Positions 9,122 to 19,803 are shown, counted from the first letter of the stretch. The stretch is 64,000 nt of DNA from Leptolyngbyaceae cyanobacterium (GCA_965263355.1 CBDHHL010000032.1:3744001-3808000); one strand, 5' to 3'. Notes: a model not told the origin generated them from the sequence alone. A program made the numbers and translations.

Positions 9122-9538
9122 CTTCTAGAGCTAGAAATAAGGGTTGAGAGTGATCAGCAACAAAGTTCTTCCACTGTACGAGACCTATCTTGATTTTTAC
9201 TGAGTGAAGCCCCAGTATGCTCAGATTTTTGACTCAAACCGGGTGTCATTGTGGTTGCAGTATGACGGTAGTAAGTGCGCTACCGTCTACATTTAGTGAC
9301 GCTTCGCGAACTGGCAATGAAGTCTAGAAATAATGTTCGAGTAATCAGCTAGAACATTAACAGCCGCCTCAAAGACCAATGGACATATACACGTAACAAA
9401 GCCAGCAGGGCAGGTATAAGTTTTTGCTTATGTCTAACCCTATAACCAGTTATGGGTAATGTTAACATCTATTAACTTGTCGCGAACGATTGGCCCCGGT
9501 TGGTGTTGTTTCTGCAAGTGTTGTTGTGTGCCCCCTCT

Positions 9539-10741
9539 ATGACCACTGTTTATCAAAAATCCGTTGCTCCTGAGCTAGAGCAGCTCAAGGGATTACCGTC
9601 ACCACAACGTCACTCTTGGCGAGTATTAGCTGTCTTGATGATGGCGGGATGTTTGTCGAGTGCAGCTGGAGCGGTTGTCGCGCCAGTTTTTCCAGAAATT
9701 GTGGCTCAATTTGAACTCAGTAGCCGTTGGGCTGGGGTTTTAGTCAGTACCCATACCCTGACTACAGCGTTGGCTAGTTTGATATTTGGGTTGTTGGCAA
9801 GTCGTTTAGGTAGTGCTCGTATCCTGATAGCTTGTCTGTTTGGTTATGCGGCCTTTGGCAGTTTGGGCGCGTTGGCCCATGGATTTTGGGGGATTTTACT
9901 ATCGAGAGCATTGGTGGGTTTGGCCAGTGGGGGGATTGGAGCAGGCAGTATTGGTATTCTGAGCAATCTTTATGATGGTGAAGCCCGTACTCGGATGATG
10001 GGCTATGCTACCAGTGCATTAGCTACGGCTACGGTGATTTTTCCGGTTTTGGCTGGCTGGCTGGGACTGTATCATTGGCGCTGGGCGTTTGCTCTTTATG
10101 GTTTAGGGTTGCCAGCGGCACTTGCTGGTTTTTGGATTTTACCGAAGGGGCGCAATCGTTCGATGGCGATGCCCCAGACTGAAGGAATTGGCAATATTCT
10201 GAGACGAGGAAAGGTATTGCTGTTGTTGCTGGCGTTAGCTGTGGCTTCAGCTATTTTTTATGTTGTAGTGGTGTACGCGCCACTTTATCTGAAGCAGGCG
10301 ATCAATGCGTCTTCATTATTGAATGGGTATGTTTTAGCGGCTCGTTCCGTAGGGGCGGCTGTTATCGCTGCTGTAGGGGCTGCAAAGGTTTCTAGGCGAC
10401 TAGGGGCTGGGGGTGCGATCGCAACCGGTTTTCTCCTTATGGCCATTTCTCTTGCGACTATCCCACGTGTTTTAGCACCTTCCCTGATGCTGTTAGCGGG
10501 TTTACTGTTTGGCCTTGGCTTTGGTCTGGTAATGCCTAATTTTTACAGCGCTCTGGCCGACGTATCCTCCGATTCTCAACGGTCTGGAGTACTGGCCATT
10601 GGTACTGGTTGCGCCTCCCTTGGCCAATTTGTCTCCCCGTTTATTTTTGGCCCCATTTGGGCGGGGGCAGACACCCAGGTGTTTTACATCGCAGCGATCA
10701 TTGCTGCTACGGTAGGGATTCTCAACTGGATGCGTCGTTAG
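9539..10741 (+). CDS. MFS transporter
   Basis: About 12 hydrophobic segments and a motif-A-like GLLASRLGSARIL. ATG at 9539 preferred over the TTG at 9500. Confidence 0.88.
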   Translation: MTTVYQKSVAPELEQLKGLPSPQRHSWRVLAVLMMAGCLSSAAGAVVAPVFPEIVAQFELSSRWAGVLVSTHTLTTALASLIFGLLASRLGSARILIACLFGYAAFGSLGALAHGFWGILLSRALVGLASGGIGAGSIGILSNLYDGEARTRMMGYATSALATATVIFPVLAGWLGLYHWRWAFALYGLGLPAALAGFWILPKGRNRSMAMPQTEGIGNILRRGKVLLLLLALAVASAIFYVVVVYAPLYLKQAINASSLLNGYVLAARSVGAAVIAAVGAAKVSRRLGAGGAIATGFLLMAISLATIPRVLAPSLMLLAGLLFGLGFGLVMPNFYSALADVSSDSQRSGVLAIGTGCASLGQFVSPFIFGPIWAGADTQVFYIAAIIAATVGILNWMRR

Positions 10742-10749
10742 CCTGTGCC

Positions 10750-11229
10750 ATGATCCTCAAACAGTCCTTACTCACGTTTCTCAAAACCGGTGCCATTCCC
10801 GTGCTGCTGACTACCGTTGCCATTCGGCAGATCGTTTTAGTCCATACGGTGGGGCTAAGTCCCTGGCATGGTGGTGGTTTTGGTATGTTCGCCTCTATGG
10901 ATCGTGATGAACGCCGGGTGATTACCGCGCAGCTAGAGTGTGACCCAACTGAAATTCTGGCGTTACCTGGTTTACTTGCGGATGCGCCTGAGCTAGTCAA
11001 AGAGAAAACCTACACCCACATCAGCACCTTTCCCACAGAATTTCAGCTACAGCGTTTAGGAAAACTGCTTGCTGCCAAGCCTGCAGACGGTTTTCCTGGT
11101 GCTATTACTGAGTTACAGACTGAGAACCCATGCGGAGAAAAATGGCAGCTCCAGGCGTGGCGGTTGGTTTACGGAGAGGGGACCATTGTCTATGAACCGA
11201 TCACCGAGCCGGTTGAGGTGTTGCCATGA
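10750..11229 (+). CDS. Hypothetical membrane-anchored protein (PWHGGGFGMFAS motif)
   Basis: ATG 8 bp after the MFS stop, N-terminal hydrophobic helix, ATGA overlap with the next gene. Confidence 0.7.
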   Translation: MILKQSLLTFLKTGAIPVLLTTVAIRQIVLVHTVGLSPWHGGGFGMFASMDRDERRVITAQLECDPTEILALPGLLADAPELVKEKTYTHISTFPTEFQLQRLGKLLAAKPADGFPGAITELQTENPCGEKWQLQAWRLVYGEGTIVYEPITEPVEVLP

Positions 11230-12119
11230 GCTGGTTAAAGCAATGGAACCTGTGGCTAACTGATTTAATGCAGCCACCAGTGTATTTACTGGTGCTGAGG
11301 TTAACATCGATTTTGCTTTTGTTCCACGGCATTGATCACTGGCTATGGACTATGCTGCCAGAAAAGCTACTGGCATTGGCAATGCTGATCCATGCACCGC
11401 TGGTACGCCAACATTGGGTTTGGTTGACCATGAGCCTATTTCTAGGGGTGAATACCCTGTGGCATTGGTCTAATTTGGTAAACCACGAATATCTCTATAC
11501 CTACTGGGTACTGGTGTGTACGTTGGCCGTATGGAGCCGGAAACCTAAGCAGGTGCTGCGCTGGAATGCCCGTTGGCTAATTGGGTTATGTTTTCTATTT
11601 GCGACCCTTTGGAAGTTTATTGGTGGCGAATATTTAGATGGCTCGTTTTTACATTTAACGTTTTTGCTAGATAGTCGGTTAGCCATGGGGGCTGTCCTTT
11701 TTGGAGGGCTGGATCTACCTACTCTGGCAGAAAATCGTCAGATTTTTGAAACGATGCAGGCATCAGCGGCTATCTTAGAACCGCAGCAGTTGACGACAAC
11801 TGCCCGGATGGCAGTTGTCAGTGTAGTGCTGTCCTACTGGACAATTTTGATCGAAGGTTTGGTTGCTGCTAGTTTTGTGTTGCCCGTACGTTGGCTAAAC
11901 CAAAAACGTGATTGGTTGCTTCTATGGTTTGTGTTGACTACCTACACAGTGATTCCAGTTTTGGGTTTTGCAGCGCTACTCATGGTGATGGGACTTATAC
12001 AGGCAAAAAATAACTTTATTGCGCGTATTTATTTAGGGTTACTGATATCAATGCTTATTTGGATGCCATTACCTCAAGGCATTTTCTGGCTGATTCAAAG
12101 AGTATTTTTGAGGACGTAA
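11226..12119 (+). CDS. Polytopic membrane protein, HTTM-domain-like
   Basis: Many TM helices with NHEYL, ATLWK...EYLDGS and W.TILIE motifs reminiscent of HTTM/SdpB proteins. Confidence 0.6.
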   Translation: MSWLKQWNLWLTDLMQPPVYLLVLRLTSILLLFHGIDHWLWTMLPEKLLALAMLIHAPLVRQHWVWLTMSLFLGVNTLWHWSNLVNHEYLYTYWVLVCTLAVWSRKPKQVLRWNARWLIGLCFLFATLWKFIGGEYLDGSFLHLTFLLDSRLAMGAVLFGGLDLPTLAENRQIFETMQASAAILEPQQLTTTARMAVVSVVLSYWTILIEGLVAASFVLPVRWLNQKRDWLLLWFVLTTYTVIPVLGFAALLMVMGLIQAKNNFIARIYLGLLISMLIWMPLPQGIFWLIQRVFLRT

Positions 12120-12345
12120 TTAGACGTCTTGAGGAAATCAAAGAAGTCGGTTCTTGATGCGGAATTTTTGATTACAACCTTTCGAGTAAATAATTTGGCA
12201 GGTCAGGATAGGGGCAATCCCTTGTGAATACTCTTCGATACTGGGCGCTATCAAGCCAAATTTCGTATAAACCGGTGTTTCGAGTATCCGAAATTAAGGT
12301 TGTTTCTCGATGTCCTTAAGTTTGAAGCTTCTATTTCAGCAGAGT

Positions 12346-13203
12346 TTAGCCTACCCGTGTATCTGGTGACTCTTGCAATAGCCATAGACCGCTGTAGGTC
12401 ATACCTGAGTCATCAGGACGAATAAGTAGAAAATGGAGTCCCTTAGCAGTTGCTTTGCGCTGTTCAAAGGCATTGGCAGCTCCACGAACATCAGTATCCT
12501 CAAAGGTGGTGAGGACAAAGCGCTCACTTAGACCTGCTTCGAGAATCAATCCGTCGGGCTGTCCGGCAATGTATTGCAAAAATGCTGGGCGGATTGCCTC
12601 TATCCACTGCGCTAGAGGCATAGACTGTTGACCGCCATCAATCACTACACCCGGAATTAGGACGGTGCTAGATAAGCCAATTTCTAAGGGCAATAACTCT
12701 TTAGGAATGGAGCGTATCGGGATGGCTTCGTATTGAAACCGCAATAGATCCGCATTAGACAAGCCAGCAAATCGCCAAGTATCGCCCCAGAGATTATCGG
12801 GCAGCGGAATCGGCGTTGAACGTTCAATAGCAAATGGCGAATAGTCATCGCCAGTGTAGGTTTTTAGGTTGGGATACCAGGCGGTGCGCTGACGCAGCCA
12901 CTGTTTTAAGGTAAGTAAACTACGTTTGGGTTCTACGGGAATATCCAGTTCTCGACAGGCGACTTCCGTTAAGGTTTGGGTCTGGGGACGAAAGACTTGG
13001 AGTGCTTTGGGACGATAGCCTGCTCGGTGGATAGCCTGTTTTAGCTGATGACGGAGCCACATGGCATCAGCTACAGGTTGCGGACAGGTTTCTGCATAGC
13101 TGAAGTCCATAGTAGGAGTGCATAATAGCAATTCCCACAGGGGCTGATTATCGGTGTTTTTTAATGGGCGGCGGTAGAAGTCCAGTTGCCAAGGAGGGCT
13201 CAT
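12346..13203 (-). CDS. Tab2/Atab2 family RNA-binding protein (DUF1092)
   Basis: WQLDFYRRP..WELL, FRPQ, IPGVVIDGG, GLHFL.RPDDSG motifs. Confidence 0.9.
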   Translation of the reverse strand: MSPPWQLDFYRRPLKNTDNQPLWELLLCTPTMDFSYAETCPQPVADAMWLRHQLKQAIHRAGYRPKALQVFRPQTQTLTEVACRELDIPVEPKRSLLTLKQWLRQRTAWYPNLKTYTGDDYSPFAIERSTPIPLPDNLWGDTWRFAGLSNADLLRFQYEAIPIRSIPKELLPLEIGLSSTVLIPGVVIDGGQQSMPLAQWIEAIRPAFLQYIAGQPDGLILEAGLSERFVLTTFEDTDVRGAANAFEQRKATAKGLHFLLIRPDDSGMTYSGLWLLQESPDTRVG

Positions 13204-13536
13204 ACCTGTCTAACGTGCGGTCTAATTTAACAATAGCGCTAATTAACTTGGTCAGATACCATTTCACCCAGTTGAGGGAAGTGTGTTTGCGATCGCAATC
13301 GTAATACAATCGCACAATATTCCGGTTTAGCCAGGTGTAAAACGGTTCTGAGTCTATCGTAGCCTGAACGTCCTAATCTCTTGTCTCCACATCCTCACCA
13401 ATAAACCAGTGATTGAGATGGCAAGGATACCCTTCGCACTACCAGGAAAGTGGGAACTTGCCCTTAAGGAATGGACTAGCCAAGGGGGACCAAATTAGCT
13501 GAGACTGGCTGCTATATAGTAAACCAGTCCTAACTC

Positions 13537-14808
13537 TTGAGTATGGTCCCAGCACTTACCCAATTTGGTCAGCAGATGTCCCACCTTACCGGGGTGAGGG
13601 CAATCATGAAAGATATCATCGAAACTCTGCAGTCGGAGCCGTCTGCAGACTTTATTAACCTCAGTGCAGGTAATCCAGTAATTTTACCGGAGGTAGAACA
13701 GCTCTGGCGCGATTGTACAGCTGATTTACTGGCTAGTGCAGACTATGGCGAGGTGATTTGTCGCTATGGCTCTAGTCGAGGCTATGAGCCACTGATTGAT
13801 GCGATTGCAACCGACTTTAATCAGCGTTATCACTGTAGCCTTAAGGCCGAGAATATTTTGATTACTCCCGGTAGTCAGGCCCTGTACTTTTTAGCGGCCA
13901 ATGCCTTGGGAGGGTATACCCTCGACGGCGTGCTTAAGGAAATAATTTTGCCCCTGAGTCCTGATTACACAGGGTATGGTGGCGTTTCTTTATATCCACA
14001 GGCCGTGCGAGCTTATCGACCGACTCTGGAGGTCGATGTGACGGCCCATCGGTTTAAGTACCGGCCTGATTTTAGCCAGCTGGCTTTAGGTGACCAGACC
14101 GGATTTATGTTGTTTTCTCGTCCCTGTAATCCCACAGGCAATGTGCTTACTGATAAAGAGGTTAACCGGATTGTTAGTTTGGCGGCTAATGTCCCTGTCT
14201 TTATTGACTCGGCCTATGCCCCCCCGTTTCCAGCTCTCAATTTTATTGAGATGACACCCGTGCTTCTCCCCAATGTTGTGCACTGTATAAGTCTCTCCAA
14301 AGCAGGATTACCGGGTGAGCGGGTAGGGATTGCCATCGGCGATGCAGCGATCATTCGTGTACTGGAATCTTTCCAAACAAACTTATGTATTCATTCTTCT
14401 CGCTACGGCCAAGCCATTGCTGCCCGTGCCATTGAGTCAGGCGCACTAGCTGAGATCGCTAAAACCGTTATTCGGCCCCACTATCAGCAAAAATTTGCAG
14501 TGATTGAAGCCACTCTGGATGAAGTAATGCCCGATGTGCCTTGGTATTTACATCAGGCAGAAGGCTCAATCTTCGCTTGGCTCTGGCTTCAGGATTTACC
14601 CATGGACGATCAGGCGTTTTACCAATCTCTAAAACGCTGCGGAGTGATTATTGTCCCCGGCAGTCCCTTCTTTCCTGGTCTTAAAGCCGACTGGGCTCAT
14701 AAACATGAGTGTTTTAGGATTAGCTTGACAGATACGGCAGAGCGGATTGCGATCGCAATCCGCCGTCTGGCTAAGCTGACTAAGGAAATTTATAGCCAGA
14801 CACAATAA
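13537..14808 (+). CDS. avtA: Valine--pyruvate transaminase
   Basis: [33 protein letters not shown]. Confidence 0.88.
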   Translation: MSMVPALTQFGQQMSHLTGVRAIMKDIIETLQSEPSADFINLSAGNPVILPEVEQLWRDCTADLLASADYGEVICRYGSSRGYEPLIDAIATDFNQRYHCSLKAENILITPGSQALYFLAANALGGYTLDGVLKEIILPLSPDYTGYGGVSLYPQAVRAYRPTLEVDVTAHRFKYRPDFSQLALGDQTGFMLFSRPCNPTGNVLTDKEVNRIVSLAANVPVFIDSAYAPPFPALNFIEMTPVLLPNVVHCISLSKAGLPGERVGIAIGDAAIIRVLESFQTNLCIHSSRYGQAIAARAIESGALAEIAKTVIRPHYQQKFAVIEATLDEVMPDVPWYLHQAEGSIFAWLWLQDLPMDDQAFYQSLKRCGVIIVPGSPFFPGLKADWAHKHECFRISLTDTAERIAIAIRRLAKLTKEIYSQTQ

Positions 14809-14824
14809 ATTCCATCGATCACCT

Positions 14825-15394
14825 ATGTCTCACTTTTATTTCCCAACTGACTGGCTCACCATTGGTCGCATCGTCGGTCCTCATGGTCTAAATGGAGAAG
14901 TCCGAGTTTATCCTGACAGTGACTTTCCAGAACGGTTTGAGCAGCCGGGAGAACGTTGGCTGCTAAAGCCGGGTGCTAGCCAACCAGAACCGATTAAGTT
15001 GCTAAAGGGACGGTTACAAGCGGGTAAAGGTCTGTATATTTTGAAATTGGCTGGGATTAACTATCGCGCTCAGGCAGAAGCACTGCGGGACACTCAGCTA
15101 TTGGTGGCTGCTGACGATCGCCTGCCCCTAGAACCTGGAGAATTTCACGTCAATGACTTAATCGGCTTAACCGTTATTCTGCAAGCTACAGGAGAGCAAA
15201 TCGGTACCGTGAGCGATGTTTATCGAGCTGGTAACGATCTGCTTGAAGTGACGCTAACATCTAATCATTCAGATGCTGCTGTGAAGAATAAGCCACGCAC
15301 TGCCTTGATTCCTTTTGTGGAGGCGATTGTTCCGGTGGTTGATTTATCCCAGGGACGGGTGGAGATTACTCCTCCAGATGGCTTGATTGACTGA
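14825..15394 (+). CDS. rimM: 16S rRNA processing protein RimM
   Basis: [37 protein letters not shown]. Confidence 0.95.
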   Translation: MSHFYFPTDWLTIGRIVGPHGLNGEVRVYPDSDFPERFEQPGERWLLKPGASQPEPIKLLKGRLQAGKGLYILKLAGINYRAQAEALRDTQLLVAADDRLPLEPGEFHVNDLIGLTVILQATGEQIGTVSDVYRAGNDLLEVTLTSNHSDAAVKNKPRTALIPFVEAIVPVVDLSQGRVEITPPDGLID

Positions 15395-15409
15395 GACTTA
15401 GTGTCGTTT

Positions 15410-15919
15410 TTAGGGCTTACCGTTACCGTGAGCCACTAACCCCGCAGCCTGGGCCTGACTAGTTAATAGCTGCCGAATTCGTTCTAGAGTTTTTAGATCG
15501 TCGATGCGCTGTTCCTGATAGCCTCGCTGCCATACGGGTGCACCTGGTATACCCCTGACAAGATTAATGCGCTTAGCGGCGGCGGCCTTGAACCCAGCCA
15601 CAAATGATGAAAGTGCGCGGGGTTTTGGGGTGCTTTGCCGCAGACCGTAGCTGACTACAGCTTGAACATCGCTGTTAACGACAGCAATTAATGCCCGCAT
15701 GCCATTAGGGAGTACGGTCCAATGATCTAGGGCAATATCACGCTGGTGGGCAGCTGCTATCTGTTGCCATTCGTCTGCAGCAATCTGCCCCGATGGATTC
15801 AGCTGCGTTTGTTCTCCCAAAACATCACCAAACAGATATTCTTCCTGGTGGGTTAATAGATGAATATGATAAAACGTGGCGCTGGGTTGGGAGTGCCCCA
15901 ACTGGAATGTACTAGCCAA
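15410..15919 (-). CDS. RAYT/IS200-like Y1 transposase homolog with degenerate active site
   Basis: LFG, GQIAADEW, SFVAGFKAAAAKRIN and VWQRGY are RAYT hallmarks. The HUH position reads PNGMR and the catalytic YI..NP is absent. Confidence 0.7.
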   Translation of the reverse strand: MASTFQLGHSQPSATFYHIHLLTHQEEYLFGDVLGEQTQLNPSGQIAADEWQQIAAAHQRDIALDHWTVLPNGMRALIAVVNSDVQAVVSYGLRQSTPKPRALSSFVAGFKAAAAKRINLVRGIPGAPVWQRGYQEQRIDDLKTLERIRQLLTSQAQAAGLVAHGNGKP

Positions 15920-16045
15920 CCTTTCCTCAGTGCCTATCTAGGCATTGCATTGTTTTCCGTTGGTCTAGATTTCCCAAATATGGATTCAAACTCACCCCAA
16001 CAGGGCCTTACACACAGAGCCTCAAAAGGTTGAATCGATGATTAA

Positions 16046-16128
16046 TGGGCAGAGCGAGACTCGAACTCGCATGACCAAAGGCCGCCACATTTTGAGTGTG
16101 GTGCGTCTACCAATTTCGCCATCCGCCC
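16046..16128 (-). tRNA. tRNA-Leu (CAA)
   Basis: GGGCGGATGGCGAAATTGGTAGACGCACCACACTCAAAATGTGG...GTTCGAGTCTCGCTCTGCCCA; cloverleaf with long variable arm. Confidence 0.95.
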
Positions 16129-16970
16129 ATAGCTTTATTATTATAATGGATATTGCGCGTTTGTAGAAGATTTTGATAATCTTGGGTACCATGCCACTGG
16201 ATAATTTCCTTGGCACGCAATACTGGCACTGGATGGGTAAGCTCCCGAGTACGTATTTGTTTCAACAGAGCACCGAGCTGATCATGACTCAAGTCTTCGT
16301 AGGCATTGGCCTGGGCTAAAAACGCATCTAAGTTAAGTTGGGACGAGAGGGTTGGTGAACCTCCTGTGAGCTTCATTAATACCGATGCAACAATTCGGGA
16401 TTCTTGGCTAACCAGTAGGGCGGCGCGATCGCATGTGAATTCAGCACAGCGCACCCATTTCAAAATCTGAGTTTGCAAATTTTGGGTAAGGACCGGTCCC
16501 AAGGGGAGTTGACTAGCGGCTAATGCGATCAAATTTGCCAGAGTTAAATATACTCCGTGATCACATTTGAGATGGCCCAGTTCATGACCAATAACCGCCT
16601 GCAATTCCTTGTCATTAAGTAGCTCAATAAGCGAGGTATGCACCACAATAAATGGCCGCTTACCTCGCATTGCAAATGTGTAGGCATTAGGAACCGGGTG
16701 CTGCTTTACATAAAGCTGAGTTTCCTCAATGTCTAAAGTTTTACACGCTTGAACAAGTAACCGATGGATGTGAGGTAGCTGCTTCGGCCCTACCAAAATG
16801 CTCGTGGCAATATTTTCTAAATAAAAAAATTGCTCTGCCGTAGGCCTAAGTAAGGCACGAATCGCTAGCTCTAGACCGGGTAACCGTTTAAGCGACTCTG
16901 TCGCTTCTAAATCTAGGGGGTGACGAAAATGATTAGCTCGTAACCCGGTCAAAATAGATTTGTCATCCAC
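16107..16970 (-). CDS. M48 family zinc metallopeptidase
   Basis: HELGH zinc motif, PNAYT, AEFTCDRAA, THP. Confidence 0.92.
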   Translation of the reverse strand: MDDKSILTGLRANHFRHPLDLEATESLKRLPGLELAIRALLRPTAEQFFYLENIATSILVGPKQLPHIHRLLVQACKTLDIEETQLYVKQHPVPNAYTFAMRGKRPFIVVHTSLIELLNDKELQAVIGHELGHLKCDHGVYLTLANLIALAASQLPLGPVLTQNLQTQILKWVRCAEFTCDRAALLVSQESRIVASVLMKLTGGSPTLSSQLNLDAFLAQANAYEDLSHDQLGALLKQIRTRELTHPVPVLRAKEIIQWHGTQDYQNLLQTRNIHYNNKAMGGWRNW

Positions 16971-17046
16971 GCTATGCGTCTCCCCATTGTTTAGCCCATT
17001 TTTAGAGTATAGGCGGCGGCTACTAATGTAGCGAGCGGCCTATACT

Positions 17047-18411
17047 CTAGATGACAACTGGCTGGGTAACCGTATCTGTAGTAATCAGGGATGGATCTTC
17101 AATCCGGCGTAACTTGGCTCCTACAGCTGAGAGTTTTGCTTCAATATTCTCGTAGCCGCGATCTAAGTGGTGTAACCCATGCAGGATAGTGTTACCTTCA
17201 GCTGCTAAACCAGCAACTAACAAAGCCGCCGCTGCCCTTAGATCAGTGCCTGTAACCGGTGCCCCTGACAAACCAGGTACACCACGAATGACTGCCGAGT
17301 TACCGGTAAGGCGAATATTTGCACCCATGCGATTGAACTCAGCTACGTGCTGCAGGCGATTTTCAAAGACGGTTTCTGTAATCACGCTATTGCCGTCTGC
17401 CAATGTGGTCAGGGCCATGAATTGGGCCTGCATATCCGTTGGAAATCCCGGATGGGGGCGGGTCTCAATTTCAATGGGTAGAATCCGTTCCCCAGGTACG
17501 AGCCGGATCCGATTGTGTCCTTCCATCTCAATGTTGGTACCAGCTTCAGCTAGCTTGGCAATTACTGGTGTTAGATGCTCTGGAATGATGGGTGAAAGAC
17601 TAATAGGGGAGCGAGTTATGGCCCCAGCCAACATAAAAGTACCGGCCTCAATTCGGTCTGGAATGATGCCGTAATCAGTGGAGTGAAGGTTAGGGACACC
17701 AAGGATTGTGATTGTGTTGGTTCCAGCTCCACGAATCCGAGCCCCCATGGCTCGGCAGAAATTAGCCAGGTCTAAGACTTCTGGTTCCTGGGCTGCATTT
17801 TCAATAACTGTCTCCCCTTCGGCTAATGTAGCTGCCATCATGAGGGTTTCAGTTGCCCCAACACTGGGGTAATCGAGATAAATTTTGCCGCCTTTGAGTC
17901 GGTTCCGGGTACCCGGAACATAGGCATGGACAATACCATGGTCCATGTGGACTTCGGCTCCCAACGCTTGTAAGCCTCTAATATGCAGTGCAACGGGACG
18001 AGCACCAATGGCACATCCACCTGGTAGAGGAACGCGAGCTACCCCCAAACGGGCTAAAAGTGGACCAATGACAAAGAAACTAGCTCTAAGTTTGCTAACG
18101 ATTTCATAGGGGGCACGAGAATGACTAATGGAGCTAGCATCTACGTCGAGACTATCCCCATGGCGAGAGACCTTTACCCCTAACGCCGTAAGCACATCTG
18201 CCATACGACCGATATCTACCAGGTTAGGGATATTACGAATTCGACAGTCCTGAGAGCAAAGAATGGCTCCTGCCATCACGACAAGTGCCGAATTTTTAGC
18301 TCCACTGACAGGGATATGACCATCGAGAGGCCGTTTTCCCCAGATTTCTATTACAGGTGCAGGTTCGCTGGAGGAGCGCTTATCAGCCTGAAGTGAGGTA
18401 TCGATGGTAAT
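17047..18411 (-). CDS. murA: UDP-N-acetylglucosamine 1-carboxyvinyltransferase (start probably non-canonical ATT/ATC)
   Basis: [37 protein letters not shown]. The conserved SGAKNSAL lies upstream of the called GTG at 18279, in the same frame. Confidence 0.95.
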   Translation of the reverse strand: MTIDTSLQADKRSSSEPAPVIEIWGKRPLDGHIPVSGAKNSALVVMAGAILCSQDCRIRNIPNLVDIGRMADVLTALGVKVSRHGDSLDVDASSISHSRAPYEIVSKLRASFFVIGPLLARLGVARVPLPGGCAIGARPVALHIRGLQALGAEVHMDHGIVHAYVPGTRNRLKGGKIYLDYPSVGATETLMMAATLAEGETVIENAAQEPEVLDLANFCRAMGARIRGAGTNTITILGVPNLHSTDYGIIPDRIEAGTFMLAGAITRSPISLSPIIPEHLTPVIAKLAEAGTNIEMEGHNRIRLVPGERILPIEIETRPHPGFPTDMQAQFMALTTLADGNSVITETVFENRLQHVAEFNRMGANIRLTGNSAVIRGVPGLSGAPVTGTDLRAAAALLVAGLAAEGNTILHGLHHLDRGYENIEAKLSAVGAKLRRIEDPSLITTDTVTQPVVI

Positions 18412-18666
18412 GTCCTCCGGATTTAATAAAGAGACTCAGCCACACAAGAACACAAAATTGGCTCATCAACCAGTTTTGTTAACAATGGTGATGATTCTAC
18501 CTGAAACTACTGATTTGTTAAGTCATATTAATATCCTTTGAACGCTTAGTTACTATTAAACGCTTTAGGAAATTAAAATTTTCATTAGTTTCACAAAGAA
18601 ATGGGGATTGACGAATCAGCATGATTGCTGGAAGGTTGTACGCTACTATTGCCTTATTGAATTTGA

Positions 18667-18750
18667 GCGGAACTGGCGGAATTGGTAGACGCGCTAGATT
18701 CAGGTTCTAGTGTTCGCAAGGACTTCCGGGTTCAAGTCCCGGGTTCCGCA
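18667..18750 (+). tRNA. tRNA-Leu (CAG)
   Basis: GCGGAACTGGCGGAATTGGTAGACGCGCTAGATTCAGGTTCTAG...GTTCAAGTCCCGGGTTCCGCA. Confidence 0.95.
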
Positions 18751-19029
18751 TATTTTTATCGAAGCGCTTAACATGTAGTTTTTTGTCCTTACATCTGAAG
18801 CTATTTGTCTGTGTGCTGTGTTTGGGCTTTTAGGGTAGCAATATCATTATTCAGTTTTTCTTATTTATTCAGACTTTTTTATTGGTTACTGAAGCATTGC
18901 TCAGAAAATCAGCACCTTGACTGACTGATGTGTAGGCAGCAGCTTTCATTAACGTGATGCTCAAGCATTATGGCTGTCAAGTGAGCACCATTGCAGCTCA
19001 TACTAAGGTCTGACTGTTCATAGAGAGCA

Positions 19030-19803
19030 ATGACCATTGTTAGTACTAAAAATCCTCTGGCTAAGCAATTTCGCAAGCTCCATCAGGCCAAGGAGCGGCG
19101 ACGTCAAAATATGTTCTTGTTAGAGGGGACCCATCTGTTGCAAGAAGCTTGTGCAGTTGATTACCCTCTCCTCCAGGTGGCGATGACGGAAGCTTGGAGC
19201 CTTGCCCATGGTGACTTATTGCGGCAATTGCAGCGTCTTGAAACGGATATTCGCTTAGTGAGTACCGAAGTGTTAGCAAGCATGTGCACAACGGTGAGTC
19301 CGGATGGTGTGGTTGCGATCGCTCAACGGAGTGTGAAACGGGAGGATGCATCAAAGGCTTTATCCTTGGGAGTTGCCCTGGAAAATTTACAGGATCCTGG
19401 GAACTTGGGGACAGTGATTCGCACGGCGGCAGCGACAGCATGCGATCGCATCTGGCTCACTAACGATAGTGTGGATGTCGATCATCCTAAGGTTTTGCGG
19501 GCTACCGCAGGGCAATGGTTTCGTTTGCCTATGCAGATAATTCCTAACCTAGAGTCTTTAAAGTTGCTAGATGTACAGTTGGTGGCTACCACACCCAAAG
19601 CTTCCCTAGTCTATTGGGATCTTGATCTGAGGCAACCAACCATCTTTCTGATGGGGAACGAAGGTGCTGGACTCTCTCAGCAGGTGATGGATTTAGCTAC
19701 CTATCAGGTCAAAATTCCCCTAGCGACTAATGTGGAATCTTTGAATGTTGCGATTGCAACCGCTGTATTGTTATACGAAGCTAAGCGTCAGCGTCAGGGT
19801 TGA
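19030..19803 (+). CDS. TrmH/SpoU family RNA methyltransferase
   Basis: QDPGNLGTVIRTA, GNEGAGLS, ESLNVA. Confidence 0.93.
   Translation: MTIVSTKNPLAKQFRKLHQAKERRRQNMFLLEGTHLLQEACAVDYPLLQVAMTEAWSLAHGDLLRQLQRLETDIRLVSTEVLASMCTTVSPDGVVAIAQRSVKREDASKALSLGVALENLQDPGNLGTVIRTAAATACDRIWLTNDSVDVDHPKVLRATAGQWFRLPMQIIPNLESLKLLDVQLVATTPKASLVYWDLDLRQPTIFLMGNEGAGLSQQVMDLATYQVKIPLATNVESLNVAIATAVLLYEAKRQRQG

Noticed and set aside
13376..13430. Possible riboswitch or attenuator upstream of avtA
   Set aside because: Only a weak imperfect hairpin; no recognisable riboswitch consensus or leader peptide.
17189..17674. Long antisense ORFs within murA and other core genes (e.g. 19061-19441, 35474-35839, 55643-56014)
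   Set aside because: These are shadow frames of well-supported genes with no recognisable motifs.
16046..18750. Prophage or integrative element at the tRNA genes
   Set aside because: No integrase, no duplicated tRNA 3' end, and the flanking genes are core.
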